A stretch of DNA of 28,273 bases, from the IMG/VR virus record IMGVR_UViG_3300020044_001391, positions 1-28,273 of that record. One strand, given 5' to 3'. Position numbers and translations under genes: made by a program. Under the pieces are notes generated by a model. The model saw only the letters and a list, made by a program, of their open reading frames with translations. It was not told where the DNA came from and made no database searches. Below are positions 9,144 through 16,243 of this stretch, one piece after another. Numbering within the stretch: the stretch's first letter is position 1; each line of letters opens with the position of its first letter. The DNA comes from a virus (Duplodnaviria > Caudoviricetes).

Positions 9144-10304
9144 TTACAAAGGTACTCCGTTCTTCTTGATTACCAATGTAGGGTCTAATTTTTTCATTCG
9201 GTCAACAATAACTTGGCAATACTTAGGGTCTAATTCCATACCGTAGCATTTGCGATTAAGTTGGTGCGAAGCTACCATTGTTGAGCCTGAACCTAAAAAG
9301 AAATCAAATACTAAACTATTTTCATTTGAACTTATTTTCATTTCATTTGCAATTAATTCAATCGGCTTCATAGTAGGGTGTAATCCTTTTTCTCTTCCAA
9401 ATTCTAAACATCTTGAATAATTAACATCATTTAAACTACTATTCCAAATTGCTGATTTTCTAAATAAAAGTAAATATTCAATATCAGGTCTATGTGCTGC
9501 ATTTATTGGCAAAGCATTTGGCTTTTTCCATATTAAAACATTAAAAGAATACCCATTATCTCTTGCCCAAATTAAATAATCAGGCAATAACTCTTTATTG
9601 CAAAATATATAAGAATTTATTTTATTTTTATCAAATACTAATGGCAAAGTTTGCAAAAATTCAGTTGGATCAAAATGAGAAATGAAATCAATTTCTTCCC
9701 CTAAATCAGTTATTTGTTTAGCCATTTGAGAACTTCCACCCCCAGTATTATTAATATTATAAGGAGGGTCGGTAAATACCATATCAGCCTTTTGTCCGTT
9801 CATTAGCTTTGCCACTTGGTCGCTATCTGTACTATCCCCACAAAGCAATCTATGTTCCCCTATTTCAAATAAATCCCCTAATACAATATCCGTTTCAACT
9901 CCACCGTCAGGCACCGCAAAATCGTCTTCTTCAGCCTCTAATACTTCAGGCTCAAAGTTTGGTATATCCAATCCCCATTCAGTTAATTGTTCTACGTCCC
10001 AATTGTTAGCTAAATCGTCCCAATCCCACTCGCCATAACCTACGTTATCTTTTACTATAAATTCTTTTTTTTGCTCTTCAGTTAAATCCTTAGCTAATAC
10101 AACGGGAACGTCCGTTAACCCAGCTTCCTGACAAGCCTTTAATCGCATATTGCCACCTAACACAATATTGTTTTCGTCAATTACTATCGGTCTTAATTCT
10201 AGCATTTGCGGAAAGTCCTGTATTGACTTTACTAACTGCTTAAACTTATTATCCTTTATTATTCTAGGATTGTTGGGGTTCGGTTTGATTTGTGATATTA
10301 GCAT
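9144..10304 (-). CDS. ParB-like N-terminal domain fused to an N6/N4 DNA methyltransferase (beta-type motif order)
   Basis: N-terminal IKPNPNNPR...PIVID...GGNMRLKA; HRLLCGDST; motif IV DPPY precedes HPTMKP and motif I DFFLGSGST. Confidence 0.92.
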   Translation of the reverse strand: MLISQIKPNPNNPRIIKDNKFKQLVKSIQDFPQMLELRPIVIDENNIVLGGNMRLKACQEAGLTDVPVVLAKDLTEEQKKEFIVKDNVGYGEWDWDDLANNWDVEQLTEWGLDIPNFEPEVLEAEEDDFAVPDGGVETDIVLGDLFEIGEHRLLCGDSTDSDQVAKLMNGQKADMVFTDPPYNINNTGGGSSQMAKQITDLGEEIDFISHFDPTEFLQTLPLVFDKNKINSYIFCNKELLPDYLIWARDNGYSFNVLIWKKPNALPINAAHRPDIEYLLLFRKSAIWNSSLNDVNYSRCLEFGREKGLHPTMKPIELIANEMKISSNENSLVFDFFLGSGSTMVASHQLNRKCYGMELDPKYCQVIVDRMKKLDPTLVIKKNGVPL

Positions 10305-10498
10305 TATCTATTCTTTGTTGGGGTTCTTATTGATGCAGACTTATTTACCTTTTCTACTTTTAGGCTTTCAAATCCTACTAACCTGCTACATTTATCGCAC
10401 TTTACTTTATGCTTAGGCAATTGAGTTGACCAAACATAAGCCTCAGTTATTGTAGCGCATTTACATTTATATAATCTTTTACAGTAAGTATCTTTCAT
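10304..10498 (-). CDS. Small Cys-containing (zinc-ribbon-like) hypothetical protein
   Basis: Contains CKC...CDKC; start and stop overlap both neighbouring genes. Confidence 0.6.
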   Translation of the reverse strand: MKDTYCKRLYKCKCATITEAYVWSTQLPKHKVKCDKCSRLVGFESLKVEKVNKSASIRTPTKNR

Positions 10499-10617
10499 TA
10501 TCTTCCTTGTCCTTTATATGGTTTAGGTTTAGGCGAGTGCTTATTGTAAGACTTCTTAGCCTTACCGCATTTCCTTTTACCAAACGTTGTTTTCCCGTTA
10601 CTTGTCAGCTTTGCCAT
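10498..10617 (-). CDS. Small basic protein, 39 aa (not in the ORF track)
   Basis: Translates to MAKLTSNGKTTFGKRKCGKAKKSYNKHSPKPKPYKGQGR; the stop overlaps the next start (TAATG). Confidence 0.7.
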   Translation of the reverse strand: MAKLTSNGKTTFGKRKCGKAKKSYNKHSPKPKPYKGQGR

Positions 10618-10981
10618 ATGTTTCGATTATTTCATTTAATTCAGTCTTAGTCCATTTTTTTATCAGCCTATGTTGATGCTCTAACTCCATAACTTTGCGT
10701 TCGCCGACTTTGTCAATTAAGTTTCTGCGATAACCTATTAAGTGGAATTGGTCAAATCCGTTGCAAGATTTACATTCTCCGTTTACATTGTATTCATCAA
10801 ATCGTAAAGCCGAACTTCCCTTAACTGGAACATAGTGTCCCGCATCCATAACGCTAGTATCTTTAACCTGTCCGCAACTAATACAAGTAAAATAACCGTC
10901 TTGGCTATCCCTTTGCCTTATATAAGCATTAAAGACCTTTTGTGCCTTTGCAGTTAGTTTAGGGATTGTTATTAATGCCAT
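10598..10981 (-). CDS. ninG: NinG/Rap-like recombination endonuclease
   Basis: Contains FNAYIRQRD, CISCG, DAGHY, LRFDE.NV...C..CN and YR.NLI.K.G. Confidence 0.9.
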   Translation of the reverse strand: MALITIPKLTAKAQKVFNAYIRQRDSQDGYFTCISCGQVKDTSVMDAGHYVPVKGSSALRFDEYNVNGECKSCNGFDQFHLIGYRRNLIDKVGERKVMELEHQHRLIKKWTKTELNEIIETYGKADK

Positions 10982-10985
10982 ATTG

Positions 10986-10993
10986 CAAAATTA
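10986..10993 (-). promoter_or_regulatory. -7 promoter element TAATTTTG
   Basis: TAnnTTTG located 4 nt upstream of the ninG ATG. Confidence 0.5.
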
Positions 10994-10995
10994 GG

Positions 10996-11205
10996 TTATT
11001 TATTTACACGGAAGCATACTTTTCGTCCGTTTACTTCAAATCTTTTCTTTTGCAGCGGATTTAAACCGCCTCTTATTGCATACTCATTTACTCCAGTTAC
11101 TCTAACTGCATAAGCTATCGACTTAAATACTGTTGTTTCTTTTGTTTCAATATCAATCATTTTAATCGGTCGGCTATTCTCTAAGCCTTTAACTTCGTTA
11201 CTCAT
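10996..11205 (-). CDS. NUMOD1-like small DNA-binding protein
   Basis: The start is reassigned to MSNEV (11205); the RPIKMID......FKSI..A.R..G pattern is NUMOD1-like. Confidence 0.6.
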   Translation of the reverse strand: MSNEVKGLENSRPIKMIDIETKETTVFKSIAYAVRVTGVNEYAIRGGLNPLQKKRFEVNGRKVCFRVNK

Positions 11206-11293
11206 CCTCTTCGTTTGAATCGTTATAAACAAATATAAAACTGCATAATGCAGTAAATAATACCACGGCAATAAATCCTAATACAAAATTCAT
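11198..11293 (-). CDS. Small single-TM protein, 31 aa (not in the ORF track)
   Basis: Translates to MNFVLGFIAVVLFTALCSFIFVYNDSNEEDE; fills the gap between neighbours with overlapping ends. Confidence 0.55.
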   Translation of the reverse strand: MNFVLGFIAVVLFTALCSFIFVYNDSNEEDE

Positions 11294-11296
11294 ATG

Positions 11297-11536
11297 TTAT
11301 TTGTTTTTATGGTGGGTCCAGCGTGAACCTAAATTGTTTTTTTTAGCTAATCGATAAACTTGACGTTCGCTTAATCTTAATTCAACTACAATATCAGTTA
11401 CTGTTGGATATTTAACTGTGTTTAACCATCTTTTTTTTACCTCGTTTACATAAAGATTATCTAAGCTAAGGTCTTCGCCATTATATTGTACGTTCGGATA
11501 CTTTTGGCAAATATGTTTATATAGTTTGTTGCTCAT
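11297..11536 (-). CDS. Helix-turn-helix protein
   Basis: C-terminal TVTDIVVELRLSERQVYRLAKK is HTH-like. Confidence 0.6.
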   Translation of the reverse strand: MSNKLYKHICQKYPNVQYNGEDLSLDNLYVNEVKKRWLNTVKYPTVTDIVVELRLSERQVYRLAKKNNLGSRWTHHKNK

Positions 11537-11541
11537 AGTTT

Positions 11542-11601
11542 AAAAATACCCCCGCCATTATAACGAACACCCCTGTTGTTAATAATGTTTAAGCGAGGGT
11601 A
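11542..11601 (-). terminator. Long intergenic stem-loop with T tract
   Basis: Minus strand: TACCCTCGC pairs with GCGGGGGTA; inner CATTA/TAATG, TAAC/GTTA and AACA/TGTT close a GGGG loop; TTTTT follows. Confidence 0.55.
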
Positions 11602-11607
11602 ATATGT

Positions 11608-12228
11608 TTATTTATTTTTTAGATATTGTTGCATTGCATTTCGGTTAGCTTCTTTGTCTATGTCTTGACTTGTACGGTTACTATCGCCCATTGCTTTGTA
11701 TTGTGCGTGTGCCTCTTCTTTGCCGTTTATATAAGCTAAATGCCTTTCCTCACGGTATTTTTCCAGCATCTCAAAGAATGTAGGCATATCCATTCGGTCA
11801 TAAACTTTTCCGTACTTAAACCTAGGCATTCCATCAAGGAATAATAAAATATCCTGTATAGCTAATTGGTCTTGTTCTGCTTCGTCAATAATTGCATAAG
11901 ATAAATCCGCTACCTGTTCGGGATTCATTCCAACTCTAAGATTAAAGTTGTTTAATGCCCTTGTAATTGATTTACTTAATACTGCGGCTATTTTATCCTT
12001 ACCGTACATTGTAGCTAATGCTGGTAACCTTTCGCTTACTGGGACCAACTCAATTACTTTTAACGGAACTACTTCGCCTTTGTCTTTATAACGGCATAAT
12101 TCATTGTGTACTCCGCCATTATTTCCACTCACGATTGCGTTTAATAAAGGCTTGGTGTAACTGTTCGTCGGTAATTTTTGGGCTAATTCTTGTTTGCGCT
12201 GAGTTGTTATTTCGTTTGATAATTTCAT
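11608..12228 (-). CDS. Initiator-associated protein (putative helicase-loader position)
   Basis: Directly follows and overlaps the initiator gene; contains L.IQDILLFL...KYGKVYDRMD. The function is inferred from O/P-like synteny and the start is uncertain. Confidence 0.55.
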   Translation of the reverse strand: MKLSNEITTQRKQELAQKLPTNSYTKPLLNAIVSGNNGGVHNELCRYKDKGEVVPLKVIELVPVSERLPALATMYGKDKIAAVLSKSITRALNNFNLRVGMNPEQVADLSYAIIDEAEQDQLAIQDILLFLDGMPRFKYGKVYDRMDMPTFFEMLEKYREERHLAYINGKEEAHAQYKAMGDSNRTSQDIDKEANRNAMQQYLKNK

Positions 12229-12811
12229 CGTTAAATGATTTTTGATTCAAGTAAGTTGTGGGGTGTTTTCTAAATGATTTATCAGGTGTCGATTCTACAT
12301 AGGCTTGAACGGAACGTAAAGCTAAATCTTTTTCTTGTTCGTTTAACTTATTCCACGATTTTTTTGCTTTATCTTTTGATATTTTGTAATCGTACCAAAG
12401 CCACCAATCTTCAAACTTTGCATCCAGTATTTCAGTTTTAGTTTTAGTTCTATTTATAGTTTCAGTTATAGTTTCAGTTTCAGTTTCCATATGCTGAGCA
12501 TATGCTTTGCTAGTGCTATCGTTTTTAGGTGATTTAGCATTATTTCGTCTGCTTTCACTAAACTTTTGCCTACGAATTGTTTCGTTATACATTCTTTCGT
12601 TGTAAAACAAATTATCTTCTTTTATAAACTTGCACCATATCTCATCGTCATATGCTTTGCATATGCTTAGCATATCCTTTTCAGTTAATTTGCCTTTTTG
12701 ATGCTGAAGGCATAAAAGCCTAATGTATTTTCCAACTTGTTCGTTTGACATTGTAAATGTCCCGCTTAAAAAATCGCTAGTATAAAATAATACTGCTGGG
12801 TCTTTGCTCAT
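12119..12811 (-). CDS. Phage replication initiator protein (DUF1376/YdaU-like N-terminus)
   Basis: Contains DPAVLFY.SDFL.GT..MS.EQVG.YIRLLC.Q, an ETETET linker, and C-terminal FE.WW..Y..K..K..A...W...KHPTTYLN. Confidence 0.85.
   Translation of the reverse strand: MSKDPAVLFYTSDFLSGTFTMSNEQVGKYIRLLCLQHQKGKLTEKDMLSICKAYDDEIWCKFIKEDNLFYNERMYNETIRRQKFSESRRNNAKSPKNDSTSKAYAQHMETETETITETINRTKTKTEILDAKFEDWWLWYDYKISKDKAKKSWNKLNEQEKDLALRSVQAYVESTPDKSFRKHPTTYLNQKSFNDEIIKRNNNSAQTRISPKITDEQLHQAFIKRNREWK
12488..12681. repeat. Two clusters of tandem 11-bp iteron-like repeats (CATATGCTnnG) inside the initiator gene; putative origin
   Basis: CATATGCTGAG (12488), CATATGCTTTG (12499), CATATGCTTTG (12649), CATATGCTTAG (12660) and CATATCCTTTT (12671). 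Confidence 0.7.
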
Positions 12812-12899
12812 AAATAAAAAAAGGCTCTCGGCATTCCCCCCAGTAGGATTGAGGGTTCAGCTTTGAGCCAATAAGTTTGTTAATGGATATCCTACATCC
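12812..12899 (-). promoter_or_regulatory. Structured 5' leader of the initiator gene: two hairpins with complementary loops and a U tract
   Basis: Hairpin 1 is GGAT-GTAGGAT-ATCC. Hairpin 2 is GGCTC..CCCTCA-ATCCTAC-TGGGGG..GAGCC, followed by T7 just before the ATG. Confidence 0.7.
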
Positions 12900-12903
12900 G
12901 TTG

Positions 12904-12911
12904 CAAATATA
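12904..12911 (-). promoter_or_regulatory. -7 promoter element TATATTTG
   Basis: TAnnTTTG immediately upstream of the structured leader. Confidence 0.6.
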
Positions 12912-12913
12912 AC

Positions 12914-13108
12914 TTATTTTACCGAATAACAAGCAAAAGTTTTACCTTCCTTAGTTACATATTTAGTTACAATATTTAAGCCTTCGTCCCTTAGATTCTT
13001 TATTCTAGCGGATAATCTGAAGCAGCCAAATTTGTTTAATGCGTCAATCGGAGTTAATGATTTGCCCTTAGTTAAATAGGCTTTGATTTGTTGGTTTTGT
13101 GTTGTCAT
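12914..13108 (-). CDS. Small winged-helix HTH protein (HTH_39-like)
   Basis: Contains QNQQIKAYL..G.SLTPIDAL..FGCFRLSARI..LR..G.NI.T. Confidence 0.85.
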   Translation of the reverse strand: MTTQNQQIKAYLTKGKSLTPIDALNKFGCFRLSARIKNLRDEGLNIVTKYVTKEGKTFACYSVK

Positions 13109-13120
13109 AGTTGGTTTATT

Positions 13121-13378
13121 TTAAAATTCAATAATATTTAATTTTTTACGTTTTTTTATATTATTATTAATTTGAATATCGCATTTTTTGCAGTTATATG
13201 AATATCCATCAGGACTACTTCTATTTTTATAAAAATTAAATTTTTCAATTTCATTATTACAAGAAATGCATTTTTTATTTTCTTTTATAATAACATTATA
13301 AGTATTAGAAGTTTTTAATGAATTTATATTTCTAATATTATATCCAGTAAATTTGAATCCTCTTTTAATTGTTCCCAT
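13121..13378 (-). CDS. AT-rich zinc-finger hypothetical protein
   Basis: KKCISC......FYKN.SS.DG....CKKC resembles the Zn domain that usually precedes HNH/EndoVII homing nucleases; no nuclease domain follows. Confidence 0.6.
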   Translation of the reverse strand: MGTIKRGFKFTGYNIRNINSLKTSNTYNVIIKENKKCISCNNEIEKFNFYKNRSSPDGYSYNCKKCDIQINNNIKKRKKLNIIEF

Positions 13379-13387
13379 ATTATTATT

Positions 13388-13666
13388 TTAAAATGGTAAG
13401 TCCAAATCTTCGTTTTCTTGTTTGTTTACTGAGTTAGAATATTCTTTTTTCTCGAACTTATACTCTTTGCCACGTCCGCAGTATTCCTTCTTAGCTTTCT
13501 CGGCTCTTTGCTCTTTGCTTTGATTGTTATATACTGAATGCGTGTTTTCCTTTTCGTCAACCTCTTTTAGATTGTCAACTACTAAGTTTGCAAAGTGTCT
13601 TACTCCAGTTTTAGTTTGTACTGGCTTCCATTGGATTTTCTCCCTTTCTACGTTAATTACTATCAT
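13388..13666 (-). CDS. Putative single-stranded DNA-binding protein
   Basis: 92 aa with an acidic EDLDLPF C-terminus; close to ERF. Confidence 0.7.
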   Translation of the reverse strand: MIVINVEREKIQWKPVQTKTGVRHFANLVVDNLKEVDEKENTHSVYNNQSKEQRAEKAKKEYCGRGKEYKFEKKEYSNSVNKQENEDLDLPF

Positions 13667-13838
13667 TTTGGTTTATTTTAATTTGTTCAATATTGTTTTC
13701 CGTTTGTTCGTCTTCTTTTAATTCGTCTTCAATAATTTGGTCTTCGTATGTTAATTCCCAATCGCAATGCTCTTTACATTCAGGGCATAATTCGCTTGGA
13801 TAATTACTTTCCCAGCCGCAGCAAGTGTTTATATACAT
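13653..13838 (-). CDS. Small zinc-binding acidic hypothetical protein
   Basis: Contains CCG.......CPECKEHC and an acidic tail. Confidence 0.65.
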   Translation of the reverse strand: MYINTCCGWESNYPSELCPECKEHCDWELTYEDQIIEDELKEDEQTENNIEQIKINQNDSN

Positions 13839-13848
13839 AGTTTAATTT

Positions 13849-14088
13849 TTAATTGCCGTACTCTTCGTATGTTTCCGTCCAATCAGACATAGGAACAAAA
13901 GGAGTTTGGTCTTGTTTAAAATATAGTTTTACTTTATAGTTGTTTTGTTTAGCATACGCATTTAATAGGCTTCGATAATATTGCCACTGTTGAAAATATT
14001 CATCCTTTCTAACTTCGTGAGCAGACTTATAAAGTGAGCGATACATATCGCATCTATCAATCATTTTCTCTAATGTTAAGTTTTCCAT
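13849..14088 (-). CDS. Hypothetical protein
   Basis: 79-aa ORF coupled to the ERF stop (TAATG). Confidence 0.6.
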   Translation of the reverse strand: MENLTLEKMIDRCDMYRSLYKSAHEVRKDEYFQQWQYYRSLLNAYAKQNNYKVKLYFKQDQTPFVPMSDWTETYEEYGN

Positions 14089-14657
14089 TATATATGATTC
14101 TTTTTAGTAGTGAATAATGCGCTAATAGCTGGGTTTATTAAATCTTTGTTTAAGGTATGTAATTTACTTAACTCCGCAAGTGTTTCGCAACTATCAATAG
14201 CCAAGGTTAAATCCACTACTGATTTATGCTTCTTTACGAATGCTGGTAGCTTAGATTCCTTTTCGCCCGATGCGTCCGTATCTTTATCGGTAACCAATCC
14301 TAGAATAGCAGACAAAGAATATCGTCTATAATAGGTAATTGCGGACCCGAAACTTTGGTATTCATTCATACCTCGTAAAGTTACTTGCGGAATAGTCGCA
14401 ACGCTTTCAATACTTTCTCCGCTTTCAGTATGAAATAAAATTGTTTTTAATCCGTCTTCAACAAGTAATTGCGTAAAGCCTAAATTATGCTTATGCAATA
14501 AAGGATTAATTACGTCTAAGATTTGCGGTAAATCTGCATAAGTGTAATTATGCCCGTTAGTCCCTTTATGGATAACTGGGCAATCCTGTTGAAAGTTAGC
14601 CAATGCCTTATAAATGTTTATAAGTTTTGACGTAGTGAAATTGTTGTTTTCGTTCAT
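14088..14657 (-). CDS. erf: ERF-superfamily single-strand annealing recombinase
   Basis: Contains YTYADL..IL..I.PLL.K..L.FTQ and Q.FGSAITYYRRYSL.AILGL..D.DTDA. Confidence 0.93.
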   Translation of the reverse strand: MNENNNFTTSKLINIYKALANFQQDCPVIHKGTNGHNYTYADLPQILDVINPLLHKHNLGFTQLLVEDGLKTILFHTESGESIESVATIPQVTLRGMNEYQSFGSAITYYRRYSLSAILGLVTDKDTDASGEKESKLPAFVKKHKSVVDLTLAIDSCETLAELSKLHTLNKDLINPAISALFTTKKNHI

Positions 14658-14711
14658 AGCATTGTGTTTGGTTTAAATAATAATTAAAAATAAAGAATAA
14701 ATGTGAATAAA

Positions 14712-15050
14712 TCAAATAATCTCTAATAATTTTTTTATCTCGTCCTGGTAGTCGTTTTCATACTTTAAACTTAATACCTCTTCGATTGTTTTGACTGCGT
14801 GTATTATGCTAGTGTGGTCTCGGTGGAACATTCGCCCAATCTCTTTTAAGGTTAAGCCTGTTCTGCGCCTTAGTAAGTACATAGAAACAAATCTAGCTTT
14901 AATATAACCCCTTACTCTGCATTTACCCTTAATTTGTGCGTGTGTAAGCCCGTAAAAGTCGCATATTTCATTAATTATTCGGTTTGCGTGTTTTTGGTCG
15001 TTGTAAAGGCTTTTGTCCAATTTTCGGCTCGGTACTGTCCAGTAACTCAT
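14712..15050 (-). CDS. Stand-alone DnaA C-terminal (domain IV)-like DNA-binding protein
   Basis: Contains I.GKCR......AR...MYLLR....LTLKEIG..F.RDHTSIIHAVK.I. Confidence 0.88.
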   Translation of the reverse strand: MSYWTVPSRKLDKSLYNDQKHANRIINEICDFYGLTHAQIKGKCRVRGYIKARFVSMYLLRRRTGLTLKEIGRMFHRDHTSIIHAVKTIEEVLSLKYENDYQDEIKKLLEII

Positions 15051-15147
15051 TTTGTAGTTGTTTTATTTGTTTTCGTAATAATTCGTTTTCTAATTCTAAT
15101 ATTTGTATCTCCCTAATTAACCCGTGTTTATTATCAATGTAACTCAT
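14971..15147 (-). CDS. Small coiled-coil hypothetical protein, 58 aa (not in the ORF track)
   Basis: Begins MSYIDNKHGLIREIQILELENELLRKQIKQLQNEL; fills the gap between neighbouring genes. Confidence 0.5.
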   Translation of the reverse strand: MSYIDNKHGLIREIQILELENELLRKQIKQLQNELLDSTEPKIGQKPLQRPKTRKPNN

Positions 15148-15346
15148 ATATATGTTTTATTACTTGTTCGTAAAATAAATACTTAGGCGCATCGTGTTCT
15201 ATTTCATATTGTCCTTGTACTTCAATAGCAGTAATCAAAGCACATTCTTTTCTTATTCCTAGCATATCGCTATAACTATAACCTATGTTTAAAGGAATAA
15301 AACTAAATTTTTTTACTAAATATTCTGCGGTTTCTTTTGGATTCAT
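15134..15346 (-). CDS. Hypothetical protein (M.PKE.A..LV.KF type)
   Basis: The start is reassigned to MNPKE (15346), overlapping the upstream stop; contains K.CALI and Y.QV..I.EL. Confidence 0.65.
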   Translation of the reverse strand: MNPKETAEYLVKKFSFIPLNIGYSYSDMLGIRKECALITAIEVQGQYEIEHDAPKYLFYEQVIKHIYELH

Positions 15347-15639
15347 AAAAAGGTATTTATTGGTAACATAAATTGGTCGGTAATTTCGTATAAGTCTAAG
15401 ATTAACCAATGATAGGATTTAAGTATTCTTTTTTGCACTTGATTCATCCTAGCAATTTTTATAAGAATATCCTCTTCCTTTTGCATTAAACGAATTGGGT
15501 CTTCCATTGTCCCTTTGCGCCAAGTAGCCAAATCCTTTTCAAATAATGTTTGACGTGCTTGTGCGGCTTTTAATAACTCTAGTAAGCAAGTTGCTCTTTT
15601 GTGTAACTTTAATTGTCGTCCTTGATAAATTAGTGTCAT
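15343..15639 (-). CDS. Hypothetical helical protein
   Basis: 98-aa ORF with an A-rich start context (AAAACGCTATG). Confidence 0.6.
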   Translation of the reverse strand: MTLIYQGRQLKLHKRATCLLELLKAAQARQTLFEKDLATWRKGTMEDPIRLMQKEEDILIKIARMNQVQKRILKSYHWLILDLYEITDQFMLPINTFL

Positions 15640-15651
15640 AGCGTTTTAGGT

Positions 15652-15765
15652 TTATAGGTTACCAGCAAGGCAACCGATTAAAAAACAAATAATAAAAATA
15701 ATTACTCCAGTCGTATTACTTACGCTGTCTTTAATGTAATCTTTGTTGTCTTCATTCCAGTTCAT
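15652..15765 (-). CDS. Small membrane protein, 37 aa (not in the ORF track)
   Basis: Translates to MNWNEDNKDYIKDSVSNTTGVIIFIICFLIGCLAGNL; fills the intergenic gap. Confidence 0.55.
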   Translation of the reverse strand: MNWNEDNKDYIKDSVSNTTGVIIFIICFLIGCLAGNL

Positions 15766-15775
15766 AATGTTAGTT

Positions 15776-15952
15776 TTAAAGTGATTGTAATTTTGTTTTT
15801 AATTCAATTAATAAGTCTCGTTCTTTAACGTACTCAGATACTAATACCATACTTTGAAAGGTTAGTATTAATTTTTCTACTGTTTGGATTCTTGAGTTTA
15901 ACCCGTCAATGAGCTGATATTGCTCCTGGATTGTTAGATTGATTTGTTTCAT
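15776..15952 (-). CDS. First early-region hypothetical protein
   Basis: The start is reassigned to MKQIN (15952), downstream of the full promoter. Confidence 0.6.
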   Translation of the reverse strand: MKQINLTIQEQYQLIDGLNSRIQTVEKLILTFQSMVLVSEYVKERDLLIELKTKLQSL

Positions 15953-15971
15953 AGCTTTTGGTTTTGTTACA

Positions 15972-16003
15972 CAAAGATATATTAACAATACTTATTCACC
16001 AAA
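15972..16003 (-). promoter_or_regulatory. Early promoter, full Bacteroidota consensus
   Basis: TTTG (16003-16000), then 20 nt, then TATCTTTG (15979-15972). Confidence 0.8.
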
Positions 16004-16103
16004 CTTTTACACAATTATTTTTAGTTAAATTTATGTTAAAGCCATTAAACCCACGCTACCATTGAGTTATTATAATAAAATATATATGTAATTACGAATA
16101 TGT

Positions 16104-16169
16104 TGTAATAAAGTAAAGGTAATTCTTTACTAAAACTGTAATAAAGTATAGCCATTCCTTTACAAATTG
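16104..16169. repeat. Two imperfect tandem 33-bp units, each with a GTAwAG-N6-CTTTAC dyad
   Basis: TGTAATAAAGTA occurs at 16104 and 16137; CTTTAC occurs at 16125 and 16158. Confidence 0.6.
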
Positions 16170-16184
16170 TCCAGTTAATTATAT

Positions 16185-16243
16185 AAAAAAAGGGACGTAG
16201 AAACGCCCCTCGTAACCATTTGTCTATCACTTGCTATGAATCA
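16185..16243 (-). ncRNA. Candidate small RNA 2 (~60 nt) ending in an intrinsic terminator
   Basis: Preceded by TTTG-N20-TAATTTAG (16278-16247); begins ~TGATTCATAGCAAG; ends AGGGGCGT-TTCT-ACGTCCCT-TTTTTT. Confidence 0.55.

Noticed and set aside
9144-10304. ParB domain as evidence of plasmid partitioning
   Set aside because: ParB-like/MTase fusions upstream of terminase genes are a common phage arrangement, and no ParA is visible.
16045-16230. 61-aa minus-strand ORF
   Set aside because: It runs through a terminator and AT-rich repeats, so the region is better explained as non-coding.
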